A stretch of DNA of 64,000 nt from Trichoplax sp. H2 (Eukaryota): contig NOWV01000166.1 in NCBI GenBank assembly GCA_003344405.1, forward strand, positions 62,001 to 126,000, written 5' to 3'. A program made the translations under genes and the position numbers. Positions 28,025 through 43,855 of this stretch are shown piece after piece. Each line of letters opens with the position of its first letter. The first letter of the stretch is position 1. A model generated the notes under the pieces. It saw nothing but the letters and a program-made list of their open reading frames with translations, was not told the origin of the DNA and did not search any database.

Positions 28025-30046
28025 CGAATGACTTCATGTCATTTCTTAAGTTTGATTTCTAGATTAAACAGTAATTGTACTGATAAAATGAAATGGATTA
28101 ACTAACGAGATGTTTTACAAAGGCGCTAGAGCTTTTAAGGCAGATTCTTTTAAAGTTTTAATAAGACCCTCAAGAAAACAACTCACCTGAGGGAGCTCTA
28201 TCAATATTGAAGTGAATTTATATTCCAACAAACATTGTTAGTCCTATTACTTCCGATCAAGTAAGTTGGTAGTCTATTACCATGCTATAATGCAACGTGA
28301 ACGTTTTAAGAGAAATGCTAGTATATCTGGCATGCGAACTTATCAACTTGGAAAGTATTATAAACTACGCAACGCTATATTTATTAGATTGTACGTTTAA
28401 TACGATGCAGAACTATATATAGCATTAATACATATAGATTGCTATCGTTTGTTTGCGTTAATTCGATATTACCTAAATTTAGCACGCTACAAACTTACTA
28501 TTGTCACAGGTTACATAATAATAATCGTGATTGATTATTTATAGTATTCTACACATGTGATATTCTACACTTGTTAATTCTACCGGTTAATTGTACTGTA
28601 GATTGTGCTGCGTACACTAATGAATCTACTGCTACACAAACTTGCAATTAAATTGTGTTATAAGTGTGAACGGCACACATATAAGCCGCCGTTCTTCAAT
28701 ACAATAAAGAGAGTGTAGGAGTTAGTAGTTAGTTTTACAATAACTTCAACTACGTGTTCAATTTCTTGTCTCCATACTAATCGAGAATAGTACGAATCTT
28801 CAACACGGTTGTTACTATTAACTCTAGATAGCAATACACAACAGAAAGTGAATTAGTGACCGCTAATGAGATCGCAGTAAACGAAGGATACGCACATTTC
28901 AAATGTTTACAATACATAGGTGATTGGGAACGAACTTAGCAGCATCTTGATGTAATTCCTCTACGTACGAACGTATACCCCAGAATCGACCTCCGTAGTG
29001 AATAATACGAGGTCTTAGCTCTTTAGTAAGCAATATATACTACGGCATGTAATGAAATACGTGTGTTATGTATCGGTTATAGGCTATGAAATAATGATAT
29101 TATGAATAAATCAGCAACGCCACAGCAGAACGCCATAAACGATCTTCATGCACGTATATAGGTACAGGTATAAAACTTACTAATCTAATTTGCATACATC
29201 TTCCAAGGCTTCAGGCTTTTGTGTGCTAATGAGTTTAAATACATAGACCATAAAATTAAAATTTATAAGCTTCATCACTGCTGCAGCTATTTATTCTCTT
29301 AAATTCTGACCAGTAGTTATTTCATGATATACCATACGTGTAATTGTTACATATTGGAAATCACAATATTCTACTTTAGTAATATTTCAATGGTTAATTT
29401 AATATCTTTTCAATCAATACTCAAGACTCACACGCCCCTTCGCTATCAAGCTAATTAATAATTTTATTTTAAGTATTTTGTATACTGTCATTGGACGTGT
29501 ACCTAAATGTAAAATTTCGGACTTAGCAGTTTGTAGCGAGTAAATAACTGCTACATAGCAATATCATTGCCAAAAAAACCTATTTTACAACCGTAGCAGT
29601 ATAAAATCTTATATAAATCGTACCGTGCCGTATTATGTAAATGAGTAACTTCTTGCATCTTATGAAATTCCTATTATTAGATCACTCATAGCTAAATATT
29701 TTTCTACTCGTAGTACTTCACTTCTCCAGCTGTAATGCATTTCCAATAGTAAAATCAATTAAAACACTAAAGGATTTCATTTATTTACTTTGTACAGGAT
29801 GTGTTAATAAATACAGTTATTTGCGCATACTCATGCAGTAATAATTACATAAGCAGAGATTGCATACCGCGCCTAATAGACATACGCCCCGGCAAGTACA
29901 GTATAGTAGCAATCTTCAGCCTGCGAGAAGTTTGGTGTCTGGGATTTCGTACATTACTTTGACGTTATTTGCATAACTGTATTCTAAACTGCTCTAATCA
30001 TGTTACCTCGTAAGATACGTTATACTTCTCCTCTAAAGGTCTAATA

Positions 30047-33000
30047 ATGGTATACGACTCTCGCTTAGAATTTGCTGTTAAATTGGGCGGTGGAATTTTG
30101 GTTTCTTACTTGGCATATAAATTATTATTACGCCACCGTAGGCATGATCCTTTTTGTGATCAATTTCTCGCAAGTTACGATTACATTATTATAGGGGGCG
30201 GAACAGCCGGTTGTATACTTGCTAATCGATTGACTGAAGATCCTAATGTAACCGTTTTATTGCTGGAAGCTGGAGGAAAATATGATCACTTTCTAGCGAA
30301 AGTGCCTGCTGCATCCCCTCTTCTGCAAGCAGATTCTGCAATTAATTGGTGCTACAAGGTATACGAATATATCATCTATTTATCCACAGACTAAGTAAAA
30401 GTTATAGCGTAGCGTTCATTACCAAAATAGTTACTCTAGTCACAGATATTTCTTGTACACAAAACGTATGTGTAAACAGTGTTACAAACATTTTTCATAA
30501 CAGCTACGATATTTAACGTTACTAACTGCTAGTATATAGGATATAAAAATCATTTCGGTTCTAATATTAGACCAATAACTATTGATTAATCATCTCATTA
30601 TCTATTTAGTCATTGCCCCAGCAAAATTCATGTCTAGCTTGTACCGATAATATGCTTTTATGGCCTCGAGGAAAGGTAATTTATAGGCAATCCCGATTAC
30701 GAGCATTCTTATTTCAAACTTACAAACCAAGCTTTTCAATTCCTTTAAACAGATTTTGGGAGGAAGTAGTTCAATTAATTCCTTAATTTATATGAGAGGC
30801 TGCAAGGCAGATTATGATCTGTGGCAGCAGATAGGTAGAGTTTAAATTAAATTATTAAAGTGACATGGTTTGTTATATCTGCTATATTATCACTTTAAAT
30901 TTAATCTTAAAATTTTCCTCTTCGAGTTGTAACTTTTGAGTCAATGGCAATGTTGGCATTCTAAATTCTGCCAAATATTAACATAAATTACTTGTTGCAG
31001 GTGCTGAAGGATGGAGTTACGACGATGTCCTACCATATTTTAAGAAATTTGAAAATAACACAAGGTATTTAACTTAGCTCTGAAACTACTTAAAACCGAT
31101 GATTACAATATGAAGAAGGGGTTAAATTGAAATTTTGTTACTGTAATATGTAACCTAAGACCTGAATTTCAAAACGATTCACAACACGGGATTGGAGGGC
31201 CAATTACAATCAGTGATCCTGATATTACTGCACCTTATACAGAGGCATTTATTAAAGCAGGTATGTATATTACTTAGTTAATATTTTTATATCGAATACA
31301 TGCTATGGTATTCCATGGAATGATCTTGAAATATCATTCTTCTAAGATTATACTATCTTGCCGATAATCCACGATAGGTGAAGAAGCAGGATTTCCTAGG
31401 TGTGACATCAATGGCGGTATCAAGGTTTGATAAACAATTTATATCAAGCTTTAGCTATTGGATAGGGACTTCATTTATCAAAATGACGATGGTTTAGTGA
31501 CTGCTTTACTTATAGTCTTGTCTTATCTTACTTCGTATTTTTTATTTTTAATAACAAAATATAATATAGACTGGATTTGATTATGGTCAAGTATTTGTTG
31601 GCAATGGAGTAAGACAAAGTACTGCTGAATCTTATTTGACTCAGGACGTAATGAACAGAAAAAATCTCCACATCGGTGTATTTTGTCACGTCAGCAAGGT
31701 GATTAATATCTGAACTAGTTTAGATTGCATAAATGCAATAGTACATGACATCGCATTGCTATGGCATCGAAACGATAGCAATATTTATCTGTAGCCTTAT
31801 CTAAAGCCTACCAAGGTCATTATCCTCAGAGTAAAATATTAGCAGTAAAGGTTTACTGATTCGAAAATACAAATTTCGAAATGAATACTTTTAAATCTTA
31901 CAAACTATGCTCATGTTAAAATTTTAATAATCGGAATAAATTTTATATTAACTTCAAAAGGTGATTTTCAATGAGAAGCGAGCTGCTGGAGTTCAATTTA
32001 TTAAACAGTAAAATCATAATAATTTAGCATTTTTGCTATCACATACAAACAATTACATGGCGTTCGTTAACGATACGTTAAATATAACATTTTTGCATCT
32101 CTTATTTTCAATAATTGGTTTTCTAGAGGAAAAACGCTTACGATTTACTGCAATGAAGAAGTTTTAGTCTGTGGAGGGACAGTTGGATCACCACAAACAT
32201 TACTTCTTTCTGGTGTCGGCCCGAAAGAGGACTTAGAGAAATTAAATGTAAGTTTATAGACTGAGTGAAAATCCCTAAATTTGAATATGCTATAGTGCAA
32301 TCAGTATACTAATGATAAAGCTATTTTGCCATTCTAATCAGCGTTAAGGAATATCACAATGAATTATTCTAAAATTCTGAATTCTGTTAACTTATCTTCT
32401 GTTATTGTATGCCCTTTAATTGCTTATAGATATTTTATCCTTGTCATATTACTTCCATATTGATTACCTACGTACTATTACAGAAATTGTAATGAAATAA
32501 TGGTATCTACAGACTAGCTACATCTCATTCTACAATTATTTATCTGCAGATTCCTGTCATTTCTGATCTACCAGTTGGACGTAATCTACAGGTAGTACTC
32601 TACATTCATGCAGTAAACCAATTCGTAATCGATGCCGTATAAAATAATGTGGTTTGGTTATTCCAGAATCATTGTGGATTAATGATCTCGGCAATATTAA
32701 ATGATGAATTTCGAAGCTATAGTTACACAGAAGCATCAATTTCTATCATGAGTGTGCTAAAGTACCTCATTTCTAAAAAGGTAGACCAGTAGCTTACCAC
32801 AGAAAATAATGAAGGAGTGCAAAATTTTGTTCTTGGCTTAGTTTGTAACTTTAACTATTGACACTCGTGAATTAATCTATTTGAAAGGGGAAATTAGCTT
32901 CTCCAGGTTACGAAGCATCAGGGTTAATTACCGTTGGTGAAGAATCGGTACACCAAAGTCGATTCTTTCTTAGTTGAATTCTCACTAAAGCTATATTGTG

Positions 33001-34394
33001 TTAATAACTTATACTAATAACGGTGTTCTTTGTATAAAGTGAATCGTCAGGTGCTGATGTTCTTATCCATCTTGAATCCTTTGGAGCAGATCAACCAGTG
33101 ATTTATAAAACTTTTTCTATTGATAAAAAAAGGTATGAACTTTTGAAATGTAATCGGAAGACCTTTTCCAACTATCGTAAATTTATTTATTGAAACATTA
33201 GAATTTCAAGGCACAGACCAAAGGGATACATATAATTAGTTTATCACTTGTGTTTGTTTTAGATTTCCATCTTTATATGCGGATGAGGCAGCAAATTCTG
33301 ATAATTGCGGTTAGCCATTTGCAATTGTAAACTTAGAAGAGATAATTACTAAAATATAATACAAAATATGCTGTTTGCAAAAATCTATTGTATATTAATT
33401 TTTTACTTCGACAGGGTTTTTCTTGGTTCCGATTCTATGTCGTCCTCTTAGCATAGGATGGATCAAGTTGAAATCGACAAATCCACTAGATCACCCTGAA
33501 ATACAACCAAATTATTTTCAGCACCCTCAAGATATACGAAATCTGGCGAAGGTAATGTGTTGGTTAATAGACTTTATTTTGGTAACTCAGTAATTAACAT
33601 ATTGTATGTAAAGTTAAAGTAAATCGAATGCCTGCTTAGTTTTATTCGTTACAGCTCCGATCATAATACATTCGTACTATATGGGACAGTAATGCAATCT
33701 GAATTTAGTCATGATGTATTACAGGAGATCTGACTGAATTAAATTTGATAATTTAGAGATTTTATTTTTCAACTATTTTTACTACAGGGGGCTCAGTTTT
33801 GTCATAACTTATTACAAAGTAAACACTTCAAGCCCTATGTTAAAGGAATACGTCGCTATAATGTTGATTGCCCTCATACATATAATTCTCTTGAATATTG
33901 GGAATACGTCTTGAAACACTTCGCCTACGATGGATACCATCCTGTAAATTTTGTTTCCTTACAATCTTGCTGTAGAAATTAATTAAAAGAAATCATAAAA
34001 GTTCAATCTATTGTTTTAATTCAAATCTAGGTTGGCACTTGCAAGATGGGAGCTTTGAATGATGATTCTGCAGTGGTAGATCCAAACTTAAGGTACATTC
34101 TTGTCGTTCTTTCTAATGCAACACTGTAGTGCATTAGATTCTATTTTGTAATGATGTACTATCCAATGGTTGCACTAGAAAAGGATAATTTTAAAGATGT
34201 AAAATAACAATTGTAACGTATTATTCTGTCTATACTACTTTAACCATTTATTTTATATCAGAATTCGTGGATTGGAAGGAATTCGAGTTATTGATGCATC
34301 TATCATGCCCGTAGTAGTTTCTTGCAACCTTTATGCGCCGGTTGCTATGATTGCTGAAAAAGCTGCTGATCTTATTAAGAAGGACAGGTTTTAG
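30047..34394 (+). CDS. GMC FAD oxidoreductase, paralog 2, about 18 exons
   Basis: Exon 1 (30047-30357) has a hydrophobic N-terminal stretch then [22 protein letters not shown]. Later: [142 protein letters not shown] (TAG 34392-34394). AATAAA at ~34405. Confidence 0.93.
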
Positions 34395-37300
34395 CAATTT
34401 CTTGAATAAAAGAGATGGTAATAGCTACGGAAGGGGGCAGCTAAGTGTCGCTATTACTAAGCTATAACATAGATTAAAATCTAATCTGGTTGGTAATTTG
34501 TTTTTCGGTAACCTTAGGCCTTAAAATTAATGTTTTAGCAAGGGTGATTGTGTATGTAATCATTATGGGATGCTTTTGGATGGTGATATTTGCAGAAAAT
34601 TTATTAACATTTTTTCTTTTGGCAATCTTAACAATTTCCTAACAGATGTTTACCTTATGATTACAAGTGGTATATACTGCTATTGAAAATTGATAATGAT
34701 TTAACTTCCATAGCGTATAATTATAAAATAGTTTATTACTGCACTTGCGTCATGCATATTAAGGAACTAACTCCTTATTGGTAGCTAAAATCATTGCACA
34801 CACCAACCTAATTGAAACTCTAAAATTAAAGAAGTGTTTCCATGTGTTTCCGTGTTTCCAATAGTTTATCAAAAGCTGTTAATAAAGTGGTACTAGAAAA
34901 ACTATTTCACATGAAATTCTAATCCAAACCTACAGCAATATCGAGTATGCACAGAAGGCTCTGAAACTACTTTAATTGTTTTAAAGACAAGGTATTCTAG
35001 TATATACCATATTGCGAGATAGTCAACTTTAGAAGCTATAAAATAAATAGATTACACAGTACTCGTATAAAGGAAAGTTTTCTTAATATTCAGTTCAATG
35101 AGTATAGATTAAAATTTATTTCATTTTGTAGCAAAATAGAAACTTGAGTAAGTAATTTAATAAATTCAGGAAAAATACGCTTTGTATTCTATAATTGGGT
35201 TTATCAGGACCATATGTTGTTCATATGAAATGCTAAATCTAATAAACTGCAGTTATATATACAAACAAAGAGCATACACGAACCCAAGCTATACGAAATA
35301 TCTTTAAAAGTCTACTATTAGCGCGCTTGCTGAATATTCGACTTATAACCGTAATAAAAAATCTTAAAAATCTCTCGAACCAGTTGAAGAATAGGTTTAG
35401 GATTAACAATACACACGTTAATTTGGGCAGAGTCTAACTTACGATATTAGTAGCACTAAGGGTCTACCAGAAGTTTCAAAGACTCTTTCGGCATTTAATG
35501 AAATTAACATTATTCGACCACAATTAAAAATCAGGAGTATTACTAATAAAAATTGAGCTGAATTTGATTTTGTATTAAGTAATATTGAAAATTTCGCGTA
35601 CACCGAAAATGGCTATTTATATGGTACTAGAAGCCTATTTTAATTTGCTAAGCGTGCATATAAATTAGATCTTTATTTAAAACCCTATCCGAACCAGAGG
35701 CATATATTAAATCTGATCTGAATATAACTAAAAATTGTTTTACTCAAAGGATTGTCTGAAACGTTAGGCTTAGAATTTACTGATAAATTTATTTTCTCCC
35801 GAGCTTCAGATACGGTAATGACTTACGGTATGTCAAAATTTACAACCAGCTCGTATTAAAAATCTGCTTAAGAACTTTAGGAAATTTTAGCATCATTTAT
35901 AGTAAATTGCCATATCTTTGGTATTACCTATCCAATGCATATTTTAGTTTTTATCCAACGAATTATTCATTGATAACTTCTGTCATTCATAAGAAACGGT
36001 AATGAATAGACAAAATTTGCTTTAAAGGCTATTGTTATTAATAGCCAGGAATACATGAGATATAAGGCAATTAATTAAATTAGTCTTAAGTAGTAACTAG
36101 CTATGCCACCCTTCTACGAACGAAGCGTTCATCCCCATAAGTTTTGTAGCATAATTCTATATTAATCAATGTTTAATTTAAGTATTATTATCTGGTACAT
36201 TTTATTTGACAAAGTTTGGCAGAGTAGAAAATGTTTATATTGAAGAAAACATAAGAAATTGTCAATAGCTTTTGAAAAATGTAACGGAGTATAAAGGATT
36301 CGGTTATATTTTTAAAAGCATAGACAAGCTGCTATAACAGTGCTGCAATTATCGAAACTACAGAAACTATTCTCAATAGTGATGATATATAGTTGAGTTG
36401 AATTAGTTTTAAATAATAATTAATTAATAATGGTTATCCGTAGTGCTTCCCTGCCTCAGTTACTTATGGACCAACTCCCAGATTACTATGTCTGCATATT
36501 TCTATAATGCGAATCTGAGAATGATAACAATGATATCACAACCATTTATTCTTCCTTGACTGTTAATAAAATTAAGACTTAAAAGCATCAGATTATTGAA
36601 AGTAAATATATGACACAAGCAGATATACTGCCATCATATATGCACCTTACGCACAGTAGTGTAATCATTTATTAATAATTTTTATAATTTATAATTAATT
36701 TGATAGGTATTGTGGCGAATGATCCTTTTTCGAAAATCTAATTACCGTTATTAAATTACAAATTTGTAATGATAATATTTCATTCGCCGACAAATTGAAT
36801 TCGATATTGAATTATTTCTAAAGAGTGAAGATTCGATAAATTATAGGTGCGTTATGCCAAATAGAAGAAAAACAATTTGTTTTTAACCGTCGCAAATTTT
36901 AAGCTATGAGTATGATATAGGCGCAAATGCACGTATGTACAGAGTAGGTGGAACAAATTTTCTACCGAAAGAAATAAAAATTGCTACGGTATCATACCTG
37001 GCACTGGTTATCAAATCAAAGTCTGTATATTGTCATATGTCATATATATCCCTTCAAGACTAATCGTCATCTAGTTTTCGAATTGCAATTTTTTTAAATT
37101 AAAATTTAAGCCCTGAGATCTTATAATTCTGTACCATTCAATTAGCTCACAAACCTGCGTATCAAAAATTCAATTGTGTGCAATATTCGAAAAAAAGTAC
37201 CGTAGTAAAGAATAAATTGTGATACTGGTCGTTGTGTTAGAAACCAATTGAAAGATAGTATTTTAAATTCATTACGGGTAGTGCAAAGCTGTTAAAATTA

Positions 37301-39794
37301 CCATATTGTTTCATAATTTAGAATTTAGAATTTAAATATTTGGTATTGAAGGTTCAAACTCAATTACTGAGTATATAATTATCGAAATGGCTTCTGCATT
37401 GTATTAGATAGCGAGTTTAGATTTAAATATAAGTAAAAATCCAATTTTGTCAAAAGTAGCAGTAATAAAATTCTTTTTCCATCAAATGATTCAAAAATGA
37501 TCTGACATAAACTATATACTGAGAAATAGCACTTATACTTATAGACTCTTTCATTACTACATCGTAGTATTTTCTAGTAACTAGCAGCATAGCTACTATC
37601 CCATATCAAATCAAAATTTATCGCAGACAAAATACGATATGGTACTAATGTTTAGGGTTATTTCGATACTTCATGTTCATGTTGTTTGCCTACTCTAGCC
37701 GATATTTGATGTAATAATATAAATCAAAATCCTGTCAGGATAGGGTGCGACTTATGGAGTTCTTAGGCGATTTTTGCACTAATTTTATGATTGTAACGTC
37801 GAATAAATTGCATAAAAAGTGTTAAAGTAATCTAATTATTGGTATTGGCTTACTAACCACTAATTAAATGATTAAAGGCAGATTAGGCGACATATTTTGT
37901 TTATGTTGCCTCATATTCTTGATGTTTGTAGTAATATCCGATAAATCTTCATATAATTTAATTACCATCAACTTACCAATTTACTTCTAATCTTTAGCAC
38001 TTCACAAAACTGGCTGTTTACTTTAAAAGATAAGCAAATATTAAATTATGGAACAAAATATTGATATCCAAGTTTTTTAAAAGCACTTTGACTTTGTTAG
38101 TGGAGTCTCAAAGGGAGTTAACGATAACTTCTCTTTTACATTCTCTATTCTTACATTGTTATATTATTCCTCACATAAGCCTTACTTACATGTAGAAGGA
38201 AGGTTCTGAAATTTAGATACTCAAGAACTTTATTGATTACTTGTAATTGTCTTCTTTGCACCTCATTTAAAGTGTTTTAAAAATAATATCCATATTTGAG
38301 TGGTGCCAATCATTATGCATATGCCGTAAAGCTTGAAATGTAAGAAATACGGACGATAATACGTTTACTTTGGTCATCGTTAGCCTTTAAAACAGTAGTA
38401 ATAGCCTATTCCATAGATTTATAGAAATCGCTAATATCTGTATAGCTTTATCCAGCCTTAATTTATTAGCATAAGGGCATAGAAGAGTAGCTTGTACGTT
38501 GTATTACTATTAGCCATAGGCTTACAATATTTTAACAATATTTTAGCCACTATAGAATAAAGTTGTATGATTTTGAGCTCGATTGTAAACAGGTGTTAAA
38601 TTATGCCGTATGACTGCTATTGGTCATTTATTAATTGAGATCAGACGTTTTAATTTTGGAACAACTCCTTCAAGCTATGCACATTATATTGATCACAGCA
38701 TGATATTTTAATTTAATAAAAATTATAGGTTGATAAGTTTGTTTGTAATTTATCTTTTCTCTCTATAATTGTTTAAAGAAAGTATAAATTAGCGTGTTTG
38801 AGATAAAATCATTGGATTTACCCTTACTTTGGTTAATTCTTCATTCACCTTTCCTAAGGTACAGTAAAAAATTCTTTGATTTAAATATGTTATATTCTGT
38901 TTAAGTTCTACAGAGTCCTTTAAGCATTAGAGATTTGGTTCAACTCTAACTAAGCTATAAATTTAGACAGTCTACAACGAGGGTTTAAAAGGCCAAACTT
39001 AAAATTCTGATAAATTGTTTATAAATCTTTAATATAGCATAATACCAACATACTGACCTACATCATACTTCAGGTCATGAATTAGATCAATTTATCCATT
39101 TACAGTACAGGTCAGATATAGCAGCAAATTAATCTTCTATAAGTAGTCCATGTAATATATAAAAGTTGTTCAATTAGAATTATAACAGAGATTAGCGTAT
39201 ACGCGTATTAAAGAACAAAATCATTGACTGGCTTCTCAGCTTACTTCGTTGTCGTATCTACTTATAAAAGTAGGATAACTATATTTGCAATTGAATACTA
39301 CAATATGCTGCTTCGTAGACGTGAATGAAGTATCTAATAAGTTAGCACTTAAAGAAGGTGTTACTCTTGAGTGTGCAATATAAATTGTAATTTATTGCAA
39401 AATTTTAAAGTCCGCTTAGGTTGCTTTTTATCAGTTTTTATGCAAAAATGCCATAGTATGAGCATAATGGTACTGTATAAAGCTTTATGGTTAGGATCTA
39501 TAAATATAAGAAAAGTATTGCCGGTTTTCAATTGTAGTTAATAACAGTTAAAAACTCTATAAGTGCAGCAATATGTATTCTTATATTCTTTTTTACCTTA
39601 TAACTATAACGCTTTTTAGTTTGGAAAATTATGCTTAGAACTACTTTATATATACATTCGATGAGAGTGACAAATACCCTGATGAAATGATCTAGTGTTA
39701 CATTGTCGTGAAACAGCTCAATTTTAATGAATTATCTTTTTTCTATTACCTAAAAAATATTCGTAGTTTTGCTGCCTTTTAAGACCTTAAAATC

Positions 39795-42700
39795 ATGTCT
39801 GCTCCATCTCCGATAACCCAGTATAAAGATCAAGATTATAATGCGCTCAAGGCACAGTGCTTAGAAAGTGGGAAATTATTCGAAGATCCAACATTTCCTG
39901 CTAATGATTCCTCGTTATATTACGATAAACGTGAAAGTCACGGAATTGTTTGGCTGCGGCCTAAAGTACGTAAAGAGACAAGTAAAATCTAATATATAAT
40001 TTACTCGCTCGGTGTCAGTGAAACGATTCAGAAAATTGGTTTCAGAACCTACTTGGCTGCTAAGCCTTTTTAATCAAATAGAGCTCATTAAAACTATATG
40101 TACGATAATGGACCCGTTAAATTCTTCGATAGTCGTGCTTCTTAATCAGTCCATGTACTAGTAAAAAGGATGAAATCAACCTTATTTTGCATACCTATAT
40201 TCTTCTGATTAATATAGAACTTCAATTTGAGAGATAAATGTCACTTAGTATATCTATACGGACTTTTTCCCCGTAGTTCTGGATGTAAATGCTCTTATCT
40301 ACGCTGTGCAGCTAAAATCAATACTGATTTATATGTTATGTACTGCAACTAAGAGTTTCGTTAATTCTAAAAATTAGAAATTATTAGATAAACCGCCTGT
40401 TACAGAATAAAATATATAATAATACAACGCAATAATAAATATATACATTTTGCAGCTAACAGTAACTTAACATTTGTAAAATTTTTAGTAAATGTACAAT
40501 ATTTGTAGGCATACTTAAGACTAAGTAAATTAATGATTTATTCCGCGCCATATATATAATATTTCATAGACTGCTGCAGTGGGATTTATTCAGTCCATAT
40601 GTACAGTACAATGTAAAGAAAGTACTTTCATTTAAAGAAATATCATCAACGTAGCATTGCTTTACATGCCTAGTACTTCAGTAACTGCAGTAACTGCAGG
40701 AATTTTAAAATTGGATTAAATATGATTATGATTATCGTTCTTGTTTACTATTGCGAGTGTAGTCGTCACATGTAAAACTACTATACTACAAGCAATTGTA
40801 AACTAAATGATCTAGTCCACGATAATATAATCATATAAGTATTACAGTATCTTGCGTTGATTGAAAAACAACTTTCTAGACTACTCCTATATTGATATTA
40901 CTATAGGAGATAACTGACGATCCAAAACTTTACGTTGATGGTGGAGACCGTCTCGACATGCGTCAAGGTCGGCTAGGTGATTGCTGGTTTGTTGCGTCGT
41001 TGTCGTCTTTGGCTACCGAAAAGAATTTGCTATACCGTGTTATACCGAATGATCAGACCTTTGATAAGGATTATGCAGGCATTTTGCATGTTCGATTTTG
41101 GCGTATGGGTCAGTGGGCTGATATAGTTATTGATGATCGCCTTCCATGTTTTGAGAAATCGAAAAGGCCATGTTACGTTCATCCAAGTGATAAACATGAA
41201 TTTTGGGGTTGTTTCATCGAGAAAGCTTATGCAAAGTAAGTTAGACTTAAAATGTAGGATTCATCAAAGATATACTATTATATATGTACATTATGTATAT
41301 CTTTAGCAGTTATTTAGATTCCTATTCCGTTATCACACTTATTAGTGGTATTTCATACGCATGTTTGTATTCACGATACCATTTAAGAGTAAGCCGTCGT
41401 TTGCTTCGGCACTGACTGGTACTTTACAACGTAGATTAGTACGAAATGTTAGATGGCGTCTGATTCATATAATCGGTTTTGATTGATTGCAATGAAGTTT
41501 CTTTTCTATTGTGCTACCTTGATATTTCAATATATAAATCCGATATTGTGGTAATTCACGTAGATAGTACTGGCAATAATACAGTATATTAGTTTATGAA
41601 TCATAATGGTACCTATAATGTATTATAACTACAAGGCAATATTGTCTATAAGCTGGAGTTGTAAAAAGTTTGACTTGATGAGTTTAAGTTAGAAAAATAG
41701 ATGACTTCTAATTGTTTTGTGGCCTCTCTAGAGCTCGAAATCATTCTTGTTTTCTATCTACGACATCTTGTATTGTACTACATGTAAACTTTAAAAGTAA
41801 ACAAATTTTTTGGCGATATAAAGAGTAGTCTACCACTACAACTAAAAATAAGTGAATAATTGCTGATTTGCTGTGCATTGAATTTATAGGGTTAATAATA
41901 GTTATGAAGCTTTAGTAGGAGGCGTCAACTGGGAAGCTCTAGAAACTTTCACTGGCGGAATTCATGAAGACTATCACATGCCCAGTATGCCCGCAGATGG
42001 ATTTCAACGGATTTTTAACGCACTGGCTCGTCATTCTTTATTAGGATGCTTCGGGGTAATTCAGCTAAGTTTTATTTGACTACAATCGACTACACGTCAA
42101 ATGAGATTGGCGTATAATAAATTAAATTTTCTGGTCGATGATCTTGCAATGCGGCTGTTGCAAATGATTTCACTTTAATAAATACGTATACCGTACGTAA
42201 GCAGTAGCTACTAGAATGAAAATATCGTATGAGCCGAGATTTATCTCTTATGCGTACAGTATATGCAGGTACTTCATTCTTCTATCCATCCTTTTCAGGT
42301 TCATCATGAAAAAGGAGTCAAGGGGCATGTACTACCTAATGGACTGGTTTGGGGCCATGCCTATAGCGTCGACAAGGCTGCGAAAGTATGTACACTGTAC
42401 AGTCACGGTCTTTTTTAGTAATCCATGATACAGTATGTAGCAAGTTTTAAATCAATTCGAAGAAGTTTCCCCGTGGTTTGAATTTAAATTATAATATTTA
42501 GTATTTTATTAACTCACTTGCATACATAATACTGTCAGTACCGTATTCTACAAATTTACAGGCGATATTTAATGTGATATTAACACAAGACGTACGCATA
42601 AACGGTGTATATATACGGTAATAGGTCAAGATCGAAGGCAATGATGAGGAAGTACCTTTAGTAAGGATTCGAAATCCTTGGGGTTGTGGAGAATGGAAAG

Positions 42701-43855
42701 GAGCATGGAGCGATGGGTAAGAAACAAATAAAATACTACTACACGTGTATGCAACTAGTGAACGTAATGTTATCCGACCATCTGCGATGGAATCTGTTGC
42801 TGTAATTTCTAAACTCTTTATAAAGTATCGTGTACAACATAAAATGTATAGTGAAATTGATAAAACATTCGAACGTGTGTTAATGAATTGATAGTTCAGC
42901 TGAGTGGGATACCGTTAGCGAAGAGACGAAAAAAGCTATAGGAATGGCCGTCGCCAATAATGGTGAATTTTGGTAAGTATAGTGGATGGATATTTCTAGT
43001 TGGTGAGATAGCCGTTAAAGTGATTGTTATAATTTTTATATTTCGTTTAGTAAGTATTAAGCAGTGTATGTGATCATGTGCATTATGAGGATAGAGTGGT
43101 ACCTCCTTGAAATAACTATTTGATATTTATAGGATGTCGTACGAAGATTTCATCTCCAATTATGTAACTTTAGAGATCTGTATGCTAAAGCCCGATATTG
43201 AATATAAGGATGGAAACAAAATGAAATGGAATTTTGTAGAAGTGGCAGGTGAGTGGAAGAAGGGCGTCAATGCCGGTGGTTGCTGGAATTTTCGCAAGAC
43301 TTATCACACTAATCCACAAATACGCTTTGAGATTCCAGTAAGTAAACATCAGAACTGATTTTATCGATCAATTTTCTATAGTTCAATGATAATATGTACT
43401 AATCGTACTAATTATAGGCGTTATTATTATTAATATTAATACTTTTCAGCTATGTACGGCATCAATAATTTTACTAATTTTTTGTCCTTGTCGATATTTC
43501 ATTGAAACAATCTAATTAGGAGGATGATACCCCAGAAGGAACATCAATATTCATTGCATTAATGCAAATGTTTACACGACCGTTCGCTGGAGAGCATAAG
43601 AAAACTCAATCGATATGTTTTACTATCTACAGAGTGGAAGGCGATCAAGTTGGTAAAAGGTTAGATGAAAACTACCTTCTGCATCATCGATTCAATGCCA
43701 GATGTAAAGCTTTCGGTAGATCTGCGGAAATTTCGAACCGATTTACTTTCAAGAAAGGGCATTATGTCGTTATTCCAGTAACCTACAAACCTGATGAAGA
43801 GACTAAGTTTTGCTTACGAATTTTTACAGAAAAACCTATCAATGTTACAAAGTAA
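39795..43855 (+). CDS. Calpain (CysPc protease core + CBSW/domain III), 8 coding exons, no C-terminal penta-EF or C2 domain seen
   Basis: Exon 1 [24 protein letters not shown]...WLRPK. Catalytic Cys in [11 protein letters not shown] (~40982), [18 protein letters not shown], catalytic His in GLVWGHAYS (~42356), catalytic Asn in RIRNPWG (~42673), GEFW|MS. Domain [18 protein letters not shown] and [26 protein letters not shown]. Stop TAA 43853-43855. Confidence 0.92.

Noticed and set aside
34400..39700. 5-kb gene-free interval between GMC paralog 2 and calpain
   Set aside because: AT-rich, with no ORF of 60 aa or more, recognisable exons, terminal repeats or RNA genes. Probably intergenic plus calpain 5'UTR intron (acceptor at ~39766).
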